A stretch of DNA of 64,000 nt from the human T2T-CHM13v2.0 reference genome, Homo sapiens. Of the stretch, positions 16,361 through 29,009 are shown one piece after another (position 1 is the stretch's first letter; the number at the start of each line of letters is the position of its first letter). The stretch lies in the NCBI RefSeq assembly GCF_009914755.1, contig NC_060937.1. One strand, 5' to 3'. A model generated the notes under the pieces. It saw only the letters and a list, made by a program, of their open reading frames with translations. It ran no database searches and had not been told where the DNA came from. The position numbers were made by a program, and so were the translations under genes.

Positions 16361-18629
16361 CTAAACCACGTACACACACAAAAAACACAGTTGCATTGCA
16401 TGGGCCTTGAGAAGTTCTGAGGCAAGGTTCTGCACTACACAACTCCAGGGAAAGACGAGCATGCAGATGGCACTGGAGCATTCTGGAGCACAACCTGTGT
16501 TTCATTCCACATGGATGGTGCTCCTCCCCTGGGATACAAACCAGGGAGCATGTCACAGTGACAGTGGCAGGACATTGCTTCTGAAGGATGCGAAGGATGA
16601 AAGACCTGATGTGTGGTTACTGGGGGAACCCGCATTTCAGGACATCCTTCCCAAAGCCATGGGGGGAAATGTCTGCCAGCAACTATACACAGTCTAGTTC
16701 AACTACAGCCCACCATCCAGCCAAGGGGAATGGCACGAGATTCCTGTTTAAAAGGCAGGAAGCAGCTGGATGCCACAAGGCTAAAAATTCCAGAATAAAA
16801 TGTGGCAAAAGCTCAGCAAGCCATTATAGAGGACAAAAAGTTGTGATCCAGGAAGACAGATACATGCAGGATCAACTAGGGGAAACAAGTTGAAAGTAAA
16901 GAGAGAAAATTAAACCAAATCGGTATTAAAGAACTAAATTGTAGTCCTTACAAAATGACTAGCCAGAAGGCTACTGCAGCGGGCCAGGTAAGGGATAGAA
17001 ATGGGAAATGGATGGAAGAGAAGTGATTACGACTGAGAAGTCAGGATTGATTTGTTTACTAACTAGAAACGGGACAGGAGCACAAGACCACAGAAGAAGG
17101 AAGAGTCCAGTATACTAAATAGGAATTACTTCTTCTCCACCCACATTCATTTTCTCCCTACTGGTAGCCTCAGAGGGCACGATCGTCCATATCAGATTTC
17201 CCCGCCCCCTGGCTGCATCTGACCAACCAGTTATGGACATCTAACCAAGGTAAGGCCCATCAGGTGCTCTGTCCTGGGATCTGGACTGAGGGTCCTGCAA
17301 AACTGAGTTGTTGAGATGTGACCTGGCTGAGTGGTCAGGAAGACTGCAGAGCTGAAACTAGATGCCAGGGGTGGGTAGAAGTAGGTAGGCTACAGAAAAA
17401 GAATGAAGCAATTGCTAGAAAAGAAGAGATGAGAGGCCCAAAGTCCCCGAAAAGATAGACACTGGAGCTTTGTCTACACTGGTCATATGTGTCCCAGATA
17501 TATTTCCCACCACTGGGTTCAGTGAGAATGTTCTATATCTTAAGACAAAACAACCCTTTTAATTTGAGCCAGTTAGTGCATTCAACAGGTATTTGATCAT
17601 ATACCTATTCTGTGCCAGGCATTATGCTATACACCATATGGAGTGAGTTCTTCCTTTGTTATTGAGTATTCCTGATTAACGTGTAGTAAAGGAAGTCAAG
17701 AAGAAAAGCAAGCTTCAGTGGTTTTCTTTGGAAAGAAGGGGATTGTGAGAGAGTGATGGAGAGATGACTAGTTTAGACATATTAAGTTATAGGTTAACTA
17801 CACCCACCTTTATGTTGCAGTGAACATATATCAACAATGAATAAAATGAAGCATTTTAAGTCACCCAGAAATGAAGTATTAAGTCACAGGTCCTGGGGGG
17901 CCAGCCAGACGGACAAGCCTCCAGCCTTAGAGAGCAAGCACTTAGAAGAGATGTCCAGGACTGAAAACATAGATTCAGGAGATAATAGCTGAGAAGGAAT
18001 AATTGAAGGTGTATAGTAGGTTAAATCTGCCAGGAAGCAAATACAGATTAAAAAAAGAATATAGGACTGGAGGCAGGACTTAAGAAATGGTAAGAAAGTA
18101 GCAAACCCTAACATGAGCTATCGGCTTAGGCACTCGTCCCTCGGGGAAGAGCCCCCAGGTCCCAGAGTGAGCCGAGGCACTCCTCCTCAGTGACAGTGAC
18201 GCACTGTGCTGGGTCCCCACCTCTGTTCTACAGGTTACCCCACAGGGCTTCCCGGTCCCATGCTCCAGCACGCAGACTCCTTGAGGGAAGGAGCACACCC
18301 TGCATACTGTTGATGTTCAGCACCTAGCACAGCACAGGCCCATTACTGAATGAAAAAAAGAAGATTCATTGGAAAAGGAAAGATGGTGTAAGAACAGCTA
18401 GGAGAATGCCATGTGACAGAAAACAAAGGACGAGGAGACATCAGCCACGTTTATTTCCAGTGAAAAAGAAAAGTAGGATGAAGTCCAAGATTAAAAGAAC
18501 AAAACAAAACAAAACATAGGATTTGACAACTGAACGGAGCATGATAACCAATCCTGACCCAAGATGGCAGAAAGGGTGAGGATTACAGAGGTTACTCAAG
18601 AAGTTTTTAGACAAAGGATTTAAAGACAT

Positions 18630-18985
18630 ACATTTGTCCTGCTTTATCTGCAGTTTTACTTCCCGTGGTTTTAGTTACCTGCTGTCAACTGGTCCAAAAA
18701 TATTCAATGAAAAGTTCCAGAAATGAACAATTCTTAAGTTTTAAATTGTGCACCATCCTGAGTAGGATGATGAACTCCCACACGTCTTGCCATGTCCCCT
18801 CTGGAACATGAATCATCCTTTGTCCAGCATACCACACTGTATATACTACCCACCCACTAGTCACTTAGTAACCCTCTTGGTTACAAGAACAAAAAAAAAG
18901 TAGTGTATATAGAGTTTGGTACTATCTGAAGGTTCAGGCTTCCACTGGGAGTCTTGGAATATATGCCCCGTGGATAAGGGGTAAT
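18630..18985. mobile_element. Tigger4/MER46-like DNA transposon fossil
   Basis: GGTCCAAAAATATTCAATGAAAAGTTCCAGAAATGAACAATTC and terminus CCCCGTGGATAAGGG. Confidence 0.65.
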
Positions 18986-19045
18986 TATAGAGGAGATATA
19001 TGTGAAACACATAACATACAGCTTTCTCATATTTGCCCAACTTGC

Positions 19046-19253
19046 CTTCATAGCCACTGTATGAAGAAGTAGAAGACCCAGACTCTTGCTTTATGTTGGT
19101 ATCAAAAGTCATTTCAGAGTCAGGCTGATCACTCCCAAGTAACCCACTGACTTCTTTACTCCAGCTCTCTGTCTGCTGTTGACTCAGAATGTTACACTTC
19201 ATTTTCTCCATTGCTGATATAATCATATCTGCAACATAAAAGTGGGCATTTTC
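19046..19253 (-). CDS. RUBCNL: RUBCNL coding exon ENAHFYVADMIISAMEKMK...SSYSGYE(G), with GC donor
   Basis: tgcag|GAA acceptor; ENAHF motif shared with Rubicon; donor AAG|gcaagt; 208 nt; overlaps ORF 18861..19226. Confidence 0.93.
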
Positions 19254-19736
19254 CTGCAGAAAAAGAAATCAATTAAAATACAAGCATAATCAACTTTTTC
19301 ATGGAGGGTATATTAGATTTGAAAAATCAATATGCTCTATTTAAGTGGAATTAATGCATATCAGTATAAATATTCATTTAACTGAGTTATCATAGGTCAC
19401 TCTATGACTTATAGCACACATTGTCCAGAGACATAGATTCGGCTTACTATAATCAACGGACAACTCAAATTGGATTTCTTGTTATACAAAACCTTAGGTT
19501 GGGGGAAGCCTAATGCCAGACATCATTCATCAATCACAGAAAACTTTCCAGCTGAGCACAGGCACGGCCTCGGAACCCTTCTTAGCTTAGTGTTTCTGGC
19601 AGTCTCCATCAATCAAATGCTGAAAGGAAACCTATTTGTAATGATTCATCAAATTGAAGTTTCCAGATTTAAATCAGAACAACACTATCTAAAGGATTAA
19701 GACTCTATGGTTAAAAAGAAAGAAGATAGCATTCAC

Positions 19737-19819
19737 CTTTTCTACATCAACAGGCAGCACAAATACCTCTGGTGAGAAGGAATTCGAAGAAATGGTTCTT
19801 CTACTGACTTGAACAGCAC
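19737..19819 (-). CDS. RUBCNL: RUBCNL coding exon (G)AVQVSRRTISSNSFSPEVFVLPVDVEK
   Basis: ggcag|GT acceptor, AAG|gtgaat donor; 83 nt brings the CDS to 618 nt (phase 0). Confidence 0.93.
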
Positions 19820-20203
19820 CTGCCAATATAGCAAATTGTTAAAAATGGGGAAAAGGGAGTTTAAAGATTACCTAATAAAATAAAACAATTATAGGAAGTG
19901 GCTTTTAAATAATGTAAAAAAATAAGCACAATTCTAGAATAAATTCAGATGACAGGAAAAGAAAGATCTTTCCGATGGCAGGTCTTACAGATATTGCTTT
20001 AATGATGATCATTTCTAGGAGAGGCTGTTGGAGTAACTGGGAGGTATCCTCAGCCACCGGAGTGGAGGAGACCAATGAGGAAAAGAGGGTAGAAAGAGAA
20101 TAGGGTCCTGGGAAATCCCAACAGGGGCTGGGGTAAAGTGAGAAGCCACAGTCCAAAAGCAGGGTCCTAAGGATTATGAGATCGCTTCTCTAGCTCATTG
20201 TGA

Positions 20204-20521
<318 letters not shown>

Positions 20522-20919
20522 CTAAACCTCCTGTCTAGAGAAATAAAATCCATCCAAAAAAGGTCAGCATTGCTTCTCTAAGTTAGTCTTCTTCCAGTCA
20601 AAACCAACAAACTGCAGAAGGTACATTCTGCTGACACATCCATTCCTGCACCCTTAGCCACTCCATTACTGGCAATGACCACCATCAAAACAAACATTTT
20701 TTCTGTCATGTGATTTCTTACTGCAGCATTTAAAGCAAAAATTTCTGTGTCAAGAGCTGAGATGTCCCAACCTGCTAAATTAGAACAAAATGCTGCACAT
20801 GGTGGTGACACAGCTCTCAGCATGATGGAGTTGCAAGCAGAGTCATTCAAATCCCTTGCTTCATGTTCAAGAAAGTAGTTGTTGCATGGAAAAATTTGGA
20901 CTTCTTAGCTTCAGAAGCT

Positions 20920-21110
20920 ATGGCTGGCAAACTTTTCCTGTAAACAGCTAGCTGGTATATATTGGAGGATCTGAGAGCCATACAGTATCTGTTTCAACCA
21001 CTCTCTTCTGCCGCTGTAGTGAGAAAGCAGCTATAGACACAAGAGAAATTCATTTATAAAAACAGGAAGCTGGCAGGATTTGGTCCACAGGTCATAGTTT
21101 GCAGACTCTG
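20920..21110. mobile_element. MER58-like hAT fossil
   Basis: GGCAAACTTTTCCTGTAAA..CTGCCGCTGTAGTGAGAAAGCAGC..ATTTATAAAAACAGG..ATAGTTTGC. Confidence 0.65.
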
Positions 21111-22944
21111 AGTATAGAGGAAAGAGCACAGAGAAGAATCGGAACAGAGTGGATTCCAGTTCCAGCTGTCCGTTCACCAGCTGTGCCTCTGCATCAAAAC
21201 GCTCTCAGCCCTTAAATTGGGATATTTATCAGGACACTAAGGAGATAAAGGAAGGTGAAAGTGCTTGTAAATGTGTAGTTCCTATGCCAACAAAATAAAC
21301 TGTGGAATCCCTTCCTACAGCCTTAAGAAATGCTTACAGAGGCCGATAGTCTTTCCCTAAAGTATTTTCTGAAAAAAGAAAACCCTTTTGCCGCCATCTG
21401 AGATGCAGCGGTCATAGGAATGTCCACATCTTAGTGGCCAATGGCTGTTTTCCCTATTGCTGCCTCCGCACCAGAGAAAGAAAGAACCAGATCACTCAAG
21501 GCTTCTTTTTCTTAATCTTAAAGAATGAATCCCCTTACTGAGTTTAAGAGATATTCTCAAAACATTCCGTGAGTTGTTTCTAAAGGCACTGACAGGAGCT
21601 GTTGGGAGTCCTTGTCTTTGGGCAAAAGGGGCTGGGGTATCTGTTTTCTTTCTGAGTAAAAGAAAAAGCTAAAGGATAATTTTAAATTGTAGAACTACTT
21701 CCTGTACCATGATAGAATAAAAAGTTTCAGGCAAGGGTATGCTAGGCCCCAAAGATCATCTTCAGTTTATTATAACTTGTCATTATGGTGGTTCTCTGTT
21801 GGGGAGAGGGCTTTCCTCTATAAGACAATCTATTAAGACTAATCTCTCACTTAGCCACTACTAAATTTGCAAGTCACTCTTAATCCTTAGAACTATCCAA
21901 GCAAGTGAGCAAAAAAATAGGAAAAAAAAAAAAAAAAGGCCTGTAATCAGTCTTGTCATTTTGCTCAAACTTGGTCCTTATCTCAAAATTAACCATTGAA
22001 AGATTGTCCAAAATTTGTTCTTCTTAAGCAATGAATAAATGTGTTAAAGACTGTCATCATCTTTGATTGCTCAAACATTTCCAAAAGAACACATAAACTC
22101 CATATTTTAGGTAAGGGGGAAGATGAGCTCCTGCTAGTGAGAAATAAATATACAGAGAAATAGACAGGCAGGCAGCAGGCAGACTGATGACTTTTTAAAT
22201 TGCTTTGAAAGAAAAAGCTTCATTGATTATTTATACTAGGGTTTGAATAGAAATGTAAATTAATAATGACAAGTGTGACTATAACAAATATTTTAAAATG
22301 AAATAAACATGTCACAGATTATAACAATAATAGCTAATTTATTGACTCTTGAGTAGTACTTCGCACGGATTATCCAATTTTTAGGAATTTTAGGGTCTTA
22401 GGAATATGTACATTACTTCATAGCAGTGAGAGCCCTTGTTTTAATAAAAAGGGGTTTTGTATAGTCTTCAGGGGAAACTGTAGTTATTGTTTAAAAATCT
22501 TACCATTTTCCTGTCAGATTCTATACAGGTAAATATAACAAGTGAAGTGACTTCACCACCTACTAGGTACTGGTGTGAAATGCAGACCCCGTGGCTGTCT
22601 GGAAACACCTCCAACCTCCACACTGACTTGAGAGTGCTTCCGATGCTCTCCCCTGTAGACAATTTAATGAGCTCTAAGTTCCTGAAGGCAGACGCCAGCT
22701 TAAAGATGGCACATGGCACTGATTATCAACTACATTAAGCTAAAAAGATAACAATTCTCTGCAGTCTAAGGAGAAAGCCAATATTTGATTTCACCTGTTG
22801 TGACCGCCCAGATGGCTGGGCTGCTGACAATATTAGATGAGGCAATGCATTGTCCCATGGGGAAGACAACAAGGCAGGCTTTAGAGCAAGGCGAAGCAAG
22901 GGTGTGAACAGAGAGGAATGAGGGAGGTCACCTACTAAAATTAC

Positions 22945-23479
22945 CTTCATCAGCAGCAGATGTCAGATGGGAAGGCTCAAAAAAAGCACTGTCAGTCTCA
23001 GGATATGGGGAGGTGGCCAAAATCCCAGGGCTTGTGGGCAGAGACACCCGATGAGAGTATCCTGGGCGGACCATGTGTACCTCTGTTGAGGACAGAGAGA
23101 AGCTGCTACTCTTTTCACTCGAGCCATGGGGAGAAGCGCTGCCAACGGAGTCTGTGGTATCCTCAGACAACGTTGTCTCTGCCAGGGAGTCCCCGAGGCA
23201 CGAAGGTGAAGGGCCTGAGGGAGAGGCAGCATCTGTCACAAAATGGGTCCCACTGTTCCCTGCTGCTGGCACCTGAGATTGCAAGTCCTGCGGCTGTTGC
23301 TGCACATCCTGGGGGTTAATCCAGACAGCTTTGTGCCTCATGAGCCTGATGTCTAATTGGCAAGGAGGATGGTCAGTGTTCAGGAGTCTGGGCGAACCAT
23401 CAATAATGCCAGAGTGATCGCTGATCCCTTCCCAGGGCTCCACAGGAGAATCCTGCCTGACTGTAGATTGTGACACCAT
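22945..23479 (-). CDS. RUBCNL: RUBCNL first coding exon (exon 22945-23601, ATG at 23479), Ser/Pro-rich N-terminus, codons 1-179
   Basis: ORF 22928..23572 contains MVSQSTVRQD...SAADEG; acceptor ttgcag|A at 23601; donor GAAG|gtaatt; 535 coding nt, phase 1. Confidence 0.95.
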
Positions 23480-23953
23480 CTTTCCAGGCTTGTGGCTGGT
23501 GTGAATCCATTCAAAACAGATAGGAGTTCCCTGATTGCTGGTACTACTTGATTTGGGCCCTGAACTCACCACATGGCCAGCTGGGGGTCTGGAGAGCTAT
23601 TCTGCAATGAGCAAGGAATCATTCAAAATAAGTAAGAATTCAATTGTATTTTGGCTACAAATTATTTTGAGATGGCAAAACCCAAAAAATTTAGAAGTCT
23701 GTACTTGGCTCTATCCAACATAGTAAAGCCCGCTTGGATTTATAAGTGAAAAAATAAATAAATCAGCCATAAAACTAGCAGTAAACCTACAGAGGCTTGA
23801 CATTGGGAGAGGAAACATTCTTCAAAGCATAAAATTAAGAAATCACAAAGGATCAACTGATAAATCCCATAAAAATGTAAAACATCCATGCATCAAAATT
23901 ATTTTAATAAAATTAAATGTCAAATCCAAGACAGGAATACTATCTGGAAGTAA

Positions 23954-24277
<324 letters not shown>

Positions 24278-25120
24278 ATTTCCATATGTTCTTATTTTCA
24301 TTTAGTTTGTTCTTGTGTTTCAACAAAGTAGGCAAAGTGGTACATAAAACAGAGGGATGATCCATAGCACTGAAGACTTTGCTTCATGTAACTTATATTA
24401 CCTTTCATACTTATAATATCAGTATCAATGTATTCTCAGTTCATAACATTTAAAGAACACAGTATGAATCTAGAACCCATCTTTAAAACCCACTCACTTC
24501 TAAGCTCAGATTTTAGCTTTAGTGAAGACGTAATGATTAAAATGTTGAGAGCTACACAAACAAGAAGCACTCTTGTCACTGTAATTACAGGCTCGGGAAA
24601 TGTTTTGCTTTTCTGTTCTTCCACTGCCCTCTGCATTGTGAAGCTAAAAGCAACTTTCAACAGCAAAAAGCAAGAAGAGACAGGGGAAGGCCTAGAGATA
24701 GAAGGGTGGCCTATGCCACATTCACCCTGCACAGTGGTGAACAGGAGACTTTGGAGTCAATTACAGGGCTGTAAATACCATTGCTGTGCATGCAGGCAAC
24801 TCCCACATGTATCTCTATTTCTGATTTCCCGGCTAGCAAATCTTATTGCCTATTTGACATCTGTCCAGTGGGCACTGCAACCTGATACATCCAAAACAGT
24901 CACTCACTTCTCCTGAAACCTGCTCCTTCCCTGCTTTTCCCTCTTCCAATTGCCCAAGCCTGAAACTTAGGAGTCATTTCTGATCCTATCTTTCCTTAGC
25001 TCTCCAACTTCATTCCATCAGCAAGTTTATAGCTATAGCTGCTGTCTTAGTCTGAGTTACCGTCTTCTCACACCTGGACGTGCAGCCATAGCTTCCCAAT
25101 AGATTTCTCTGCTGTTACTC

Positions 25121-25380
25121 TTGCCCAGGCTGGAGTGCAGTGGCACAATCTCGGCTCACTCCAACCTCTGCCTCCCAGGTTCAAGCAGTTCTCTGCCTCA
25201 GCCTCCCAAGTAGCTGGGATTACAGGTGCATGCCACCACACCCAGCTAATTTTTGTATTTTTAACAGAGACGGGGTTTCACCATGTTGGCCAGGCTGATC
25301 TTGAACTCCTGACCTTGTGATCCACCTGCCTCAGACTCCCAAAGTGCTGGGATTACAGGTGGGATCCACCGTGCCCGGCC
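25121..25380 (-). mobile_element. Tail-less Alu, 3' part of the U2-Alu chimera
   Basis: Intact 5' GGCCGGGCACGG; ends at CCAGCCTGGGCAA with no terminal segment and no poly-A. Confidence 0.93.
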
Positions 25381-25407
25381 AGTAACACCGTGTTTTAACA
25401 CCCAGAG

Positions 25408-25594
25408 GGGTGCGCCGTTCCTAGGGGTACAGCAATACCAAGTTGATGCATGGAGTGGACGGAGCAAGCTCCTAGTCCATGTCCCTGCTCCAAAAATCCA
25501 TTTAATATATTGTCCTCGGATAGAGGACATATCAGATATTAACTGATAAGAACAGATACTACACTTGATCTTAGCCAAAAGGCCGAGAAGCGAT
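25408..25594 (-). pseudogene. Full-length U2 snRNA retropseudogene (RNU2-1-type sequence)
   Basis: Minus strand reads ATCGCTTCTCGGCCTTTTGGCTAAGATCAAGTGTAGTATCTGTTCTTATCAG...ATGGATTTTTGGAGCAGGGA...GGAACGGCGCACCC; a TSD abuts +1, so there is no PSE/DSE promoter. Confidence 0.95.
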
Positions 25595-26188
25595 TACTCT
25601 TGCCCATTTATAATCAAGAGGTATTCAAGAGATCTTTTATAAACCTAAATCAGATCATGTCATTGCCCTAATCGAAATCCCCCAAAGGCTTCCCATCAAA
25701 TCTGGAATAAAATCCAGACTCCTTACCTTGCCCTCAAGGCCTGACATGATGCTGTCCCTGTAAACCTCTCTCACTTATCTTCATCCAGCATCCATAAGCC
25801 CCAACCACACTGCAAGTTATTGAACCCTATAGGCTCCTTCTAACCCTAGGAATGCTGTTTTATGTTTCCTCTTTCTGAAATGCTCCTCCCCCAGATGATG
25901 ACACATCTGGCTCCTTCCTGTCATAAATGCCTTGATTTATAAATTACTTCCTCAAAGATATCTTTCCTAACCACCTTTCTGCTTAAGGTAGTTCCCCCAT
26001 CATTACCTCTCACATCACCATAAACATTTAGTTTTCGTCACAGAGGTGCTCACTTCCTGCTATTTTTTAGTTCATTACCGCCATTCTCCCCCTACTCCCA
26101 CCTAACTGTAAGCTTCATGAGAGGAGGGGCCTTGTCTGTTCCCTGCCGGGTAGCATGCCCCATACCTAGAGCTGCATATCAGGGTTCA

Positions 26189-26590
<402 letters not shown>

Positions 26591-26827
26591 CTATTAATGG
26601 GGCAGAATTACTCATGTAGGAATAGAAGTGAATCCACATTTCCTAAAACATGAAATTGTTCTCACCCAATAATAAAAGTTCAGTAGACCAAAATAAGGTA
26701 CATATGAAAACTGTTCTTGAGACTTTGAGTCTCAAGAGTTTTGGAGACTTCTTGATTTGAGGGCCCTATATTTTAGTTTATACCTTCTGGAGTAATAAGG
26801 ATTATAATTTATACACACACACCCACA

Positions 26828-27263
26828 CAGTTGACCCTTGAACAACATGGATTTGAACTTTGTGGGTCCACTAACATGTGGATTTTCTTCCATATCTGTC
26901 ACCATGAGGCAGCAAGACTAACGCCTCTTTTTCCTCTCTTCAGTCTACTCAGCATGAGAGGATGAGGATGAAGACCTTTATAATGATCTATTTCCACTTA
27001 ATGAACAGTAAATATATTCTCTCTTCCTTATGGTTTTCTTAATGACATTTTCTTTCCTCTGCTTTATTGTAAGAATGCTTATATAGTATTATACACTAAC
27101 ATACAACATATGTGTTAATCAACTGTTTATGTTATCAGTAAGGCTGCAGTTAACAGTAGGTTATAAGTAGTGTTAAGTTTTGGGGGAGTCAAAAGTTGTG
27201 CGCAGATTTTCAACTGCACAGGGTGTTAGTGTCCCTAACCCCTGCATTGTGAAGGGTCAACTC
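26828..27263. mobile_element. Tigger2a (MER28)-like DNA transposon fossil
   Basis: About 435 bp with TIRs CAGTTGACCCTTGAACAA / TTGTGAAGGGTCAACT. Confidence 0.8.
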
Positions 27264-28262
27264 TATGTGTGTGTGTATATATATATCTTTTGCATATGAC
27301 ATATATTGTTTCTGGAGGCATATAGATATATATATACCTTTGTATATAACATATATTAATATATAAATGCATCTTTTGTATGTAACATACATATATAAAC
27401 ATATACATGCATCTTGAAAACACTACAAAAGCCCCAAATCACCATTCACAAAATATCACAGAGTACAGCTGGTTGTGTTAACCGCCAGAACTCACCAGCC
27501 CAAGATGCCTATCTTCCTTCTCCTGACCTCAAATCCCACCTTGTGCACCAATTTCTCTTTGTCACACATCTTTTCGTCTCCAATAATTCTGGATTTTATA
27601 ATTACAAAAGGAAACCATGACTACATTTTTATAAAATGCCCAAACACAGAAGCCTAGAGTAAAAAGTGAACAGCGCTCATCACCCCAAGCCCCACAATCC
27701 TACTTTATTCTCAGAAATAACATTGTTAACCATTCTATTCTTTCTAGACCTTTATCTATGAATTAACGTACATATTTCAGACCAGAAGATATGTTTTCTT
27801 TTGTATACACATCCATGGGATCATACTGGAGATATTTTACAACTTATCTTCTTTTTCACTCAACATTATGTCTTGAGGGTCTATGTGATTCTCCTAAACT
27901 GTGTTATCACTTTCTATAGTATAAATATATCATACTTACTTAGCCAGACCCTACTGATAGAAATTTATTTTTAGCTTTTTGCAGTTATACAGTTTATAAC
28001 AATGAACATCCTTGTTCATGTCATTTTTTGGTTGACTTTTTTTAGTTCCTTTCTCTTACTAGTTCCACTCTTAGTCTGAGTCCATAGTTCATGATAGCCT
28101 CATTATTTCCAAGAGAATAAAACTATATAAGTAAGTTATGGTTTATCCTCAATTTTCTACACATATCTTTTGTGTGTTTGGTGGGGGGAGATGACTATAG
28201 ATGTGAAATCACATGAAAAACATGCAGTCTCAAATGGTAAAGCAGTAGTGATTCCAGGTGGT

Positions 28263-28566
<304 letters not shown>

Positions 28567-28893
28567 GATCCCAGTGTTTTTTATAAACAAGTTATAGTTA
28601 ATAGTTCAAAGAGAATGACCTTATTTGGAACTTCCCATACATGGACTGACCTAAGTGAATTGAGCAAAAACCAACGTCCTCATAAAAAACAACCGTCAAA
28701 AGCAGGTGCTTTCTTCACTTCCTTCTAGAAAAGTGTTGTTGCTTCACAAAAATAACCAGCAGGTGCTGCTTTGCCAGGTTATAAAATCAAAGCATTGAGA
28801 GTTAGAATAGGCCCATAATAGATTCACAACCATGTCTAAGGTCACAGCTGGGCAGTGGCAGAGAGAAGACAAAAGGCCAGGTCGGACACTCAC

Positions 28894-29009
28894 CAGGAGT
28901 ATGAATTTCTCGAAGAGGCAGATTGACACAGAGGAGAAAGTAATGATTGGAAACCATCAAAGTCCATGCAGTAGTGACAGGAGGTCAATATCCCCATTTT
29001 TTATTTTAT
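28894..29009 (-). other. RUBCNL: RUBCNL 5'UTR exon 2 (116 nt), containing a uORF
   Basis: Strong acceptor ttttttgccttacag|A and donor CTG|gtgagt in non-repetitive sequence. Confidence 0.8.

Noticed and set aside
23480-23572. In-frame N-terminal extension of RUBCNL from GTG at 23572
   Set aside because: This is an ORF-caller alternative start. The GTG overlaps an upstream ATG in another frame, and the known protein begins MVSQ.
25408-25594. Functional U2 gene
   Set aside because: The TSD directly abuts +1, leaving no PSE/DSE; there is no clear 3' box, and the 3' half has multiple substitutions.
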